Origin: Octopus sinensis
Lineage: Eukaryota
Assembly (NCBI RefSeq): GCF_006345805.1
Contig: NC_043025.1
Location: forward strand, 15,190,001 to 15,254,000
Length of the DNA: 64,000 nucleotides
Direction: 5' to 3'
This document shows, piece after piece, positions 61,532 to 64,000 of the stretch. The stretch's first letter is position 1. The number at the start of each line of letters is the position of its first letter. The notes below the pieces were generated by a model. The model saw only the letters and a program-made list of their open reading frames with translations. It made no database searches and had not been told where the DNA came from. The position numbers were made by a program, and so were the translations under genes.

Positions 61532-64000
61532 GTATTATGAATTTACGGTAAAAATATATTTTTTATCTTCACCCATTCAATACAATAAATGAATTAATTG
61601 CATTGCAATTATAAGCATTTATGTATTTAGTATTTGGGTACTTTACCAGCAGTCTATTGGATTACTGAAATCCCATAGTGGGTTACACTCATAACCCCTA
61701 TCTTACTTTGTACTATATATATATATGTTTATTGAGATTTTCTCTTTTGAATTTGAAAGGGACATCAGATGAGGGGTACATCAGCTGCCCCAAATTGTGG
61801 TGGGGTTACATAAAAAAGATGGGAAGAAAGGGAAGGGGAAAGCTTGTATATATATAGTATTTAATGTATGTGATCCCATGCATAATGTTGTCCTCCCGAT
61901 ACAGGAGAATCCCTGCTTGGGCCAACCGAGGGATCCCACTGATCCACGATCACTCTAACCTCCCACGGCACAAGCCCTTGCCCAGCTGTTGTTCTCTGAT
62001 CTATAGATGCATGCTTACCGTAGGTCCACTTACCAGCATCATTATCATCATCATCATCATCAATTAACATCTGTTCTCCATGATGGCATGGGTTGGATGG
62101 TTTGACAAGGAGCTGGCCAGCCAGGGAGCTATCCACACTCCAATTGTCTGTTGTGGCATGGTTTCTATGGCTGAATACCCTTCTTATTGCCAGCCACGTT
62201 CCATGGCACCAACACAAAAAGTGGCCAGTAAATCACCCCTGTGAATCAAACTCTGTTCCTCTCAGTTTCCAGCTGAGTGCTCTGAATCATTGAGCTTCAG
62301 GTAGAGCACTTTCTTCTCCATTCTCCCTTTCTATTCCAAGTGGAAATCAAAGAAGTTGATAAGGGCTTCATTGAAGGGGACAATGTCTTTCCTCTATTCC
62401 TTCAGTCTCGTCAACCAACAATTTTAAAGGGAGCAGCTTAGTTGGTACCTGATTGCTAATTTAGTCTCTTGAAAGGCAAAGCTGACCTCAGCTAATAATC
62501 ATAATTAGTAGCTCCAATTCTCTGTAGGTACTGGATTTGTTGAGTTTATCTGCTGGTGTTTTGTAATTAGCACCTGTGCAGGTGGCACATAAAAAGAACT
62601 TTTGAGCATTGGGACTCACAGAGGCAACGTGGCCGATGCTGGTGTCGCATAACTAGCACCCATGCCAGACGTTGGGCCTCACGGATGCTGGTGTTGCATA
62701 ACCAGCATCTGTGCCAGTGGCACATAAAAAGCACTTTACAAGTGTTGGGCCTCACAGAGGCAATGGCAAATGGCAATGTGCTGTGCTTGAGAAGACCCAT
62801 CAAGCCTCGTGGAATCATAGCCGGGGCAGATATTGGTGCTGTGCAACTGGCATCCATTCTGGTGGCATGTAAAAGCACCCATTACACTCTTGGAGTGATT
62901 GGCGTTAGGAAGGGCATCCAGTCAGAGAAACTATTCCAAATCAGACTGGAGTCAGGTGCATCCCCTCAACTTACAAGCCCTGGTCAAACTGTCCAACCCA
63001 AGCCAGCATGGACAACGGACATTAAACGATGATGATGAAGTTGGTTGCTTGTTTCTCTTGGATTCTTCAAATTAACGTAGACGCCTCTGATGAGAATTCA
63101 GTAAGATTCAAAAATTGATTCAGAAAACAGGATTTGGAAGCTGGCATTCAATTAGAATTGAAAACTGAACAAAGCAGAAAGATCCTTCATTTAACAAACA
63201 GACATTGGGTTTTTTCATTTGCTTGGCACTTCACCTGTTTTCATGTTTTGATGGAAAATCTTGTCTCTTGATGAGATCTGGTTGAGATCTGGGTGCAACT
63301 TGTCTAAATTAAACGAAGCCAGAACATCAGAGCAACAATCTTTTCTACTTAGTGGCACAAGGCCTGAAATTGTGAGTGGAGGGAGCTTTTCAATTCCATC
63401 AACCCCAACGCTCCAAAAAGAGGAAGTTCAAAGTCAGTCTTGACAGAATTGGTTATCAGAATGTAAAGAGCCAGAAGAAATATCCTCGGAGTCTTTTGTC
63501 CGGCGCTTTGACAATTCTGCCAGCTTTTCACCTTAACGATAATAATTATGAAAGTGATTTCAAATTTTGGTGTAAGGCCAGCAATTTTGGGGAGGGGTTA
63601 AGTTGATTTCGTTGACCCCACCACTTGACTGGCATTTATTTTATCCCCTTGGTGGGATTTGAACTCCTTAATTATAAAATGTAGCCAAGCATTTTGTCCA
63701 GCTCCCTACCTTTACTCTTTTACTTGTTTCAGTCATTTGACTGCGGCCATGCTGGAGCACCGCCTTTAGTCGAGCAACTCGACCCCGGGACTTATTCCTT
63801 GTAAGCCTAGTACTTATTCTATCGGTCTATTTTGCCGAACCGCTAAGTAACGGGGACATAAACACACCAGCATCGGTTGTCAAGCAATGCTAGGGGGACA
63901 AACACAGACACACAAACATATTCACACACACACATATCTATATATATATATATACACACACACACATATATATGACGGTCTTCTTTCAGTTTCTGTCTAC

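Noticed and set aside
62280-62440. Possible HIP1 exon 12 after a pyrimidine tract
   Set aside because: No frame gives recognisable HIP1 coiled-coil sequence and there is no clear donor; the next exon probably lies beyond 64000.

Overview
Eukaryotic, AT-rich, repeat-dense genomic DNA. The SINE and Helitron families, the heavy microsatellite load and a C2H2 relic suggest an octopus or other coleoid cephalopod (inference). The window holds the 5' part of one + strand gene, a HIP1/HIP1R (Sla2 family) orthologue. I assembled by hand 11 coding exons from ATG 608 to 61399. They total 987 nt (329 aa) in one open frame with consistent GT-AG phases and encode the ANTH domain; the gene continues past the window. 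Intron 2 has a perfect U12 (minor spliceosome) 5' splice site. Almost all long ORFs in the supplied track are microsatellite artefacts. The introns contain tRNA-derived SINEs, mariner/Tc1 relics, non-autonomous Helitrons, RTE and CR1 fragments, MITEs, a 233-bp tandem array and a decayed C2H2 zinc-finger array. Most notable: (1) a series of Penelope-type minimal hammerhead-like motifs whose core 3-8 pair covaries (C-G, G-C, U-A), several at the centres of long palindromes; (2) a head-to-tail composite Helitron dimer carrying a mariner fragment; (3) a mariner split by 3.4 kb of nested cargo that includes the zinc-finger relic.
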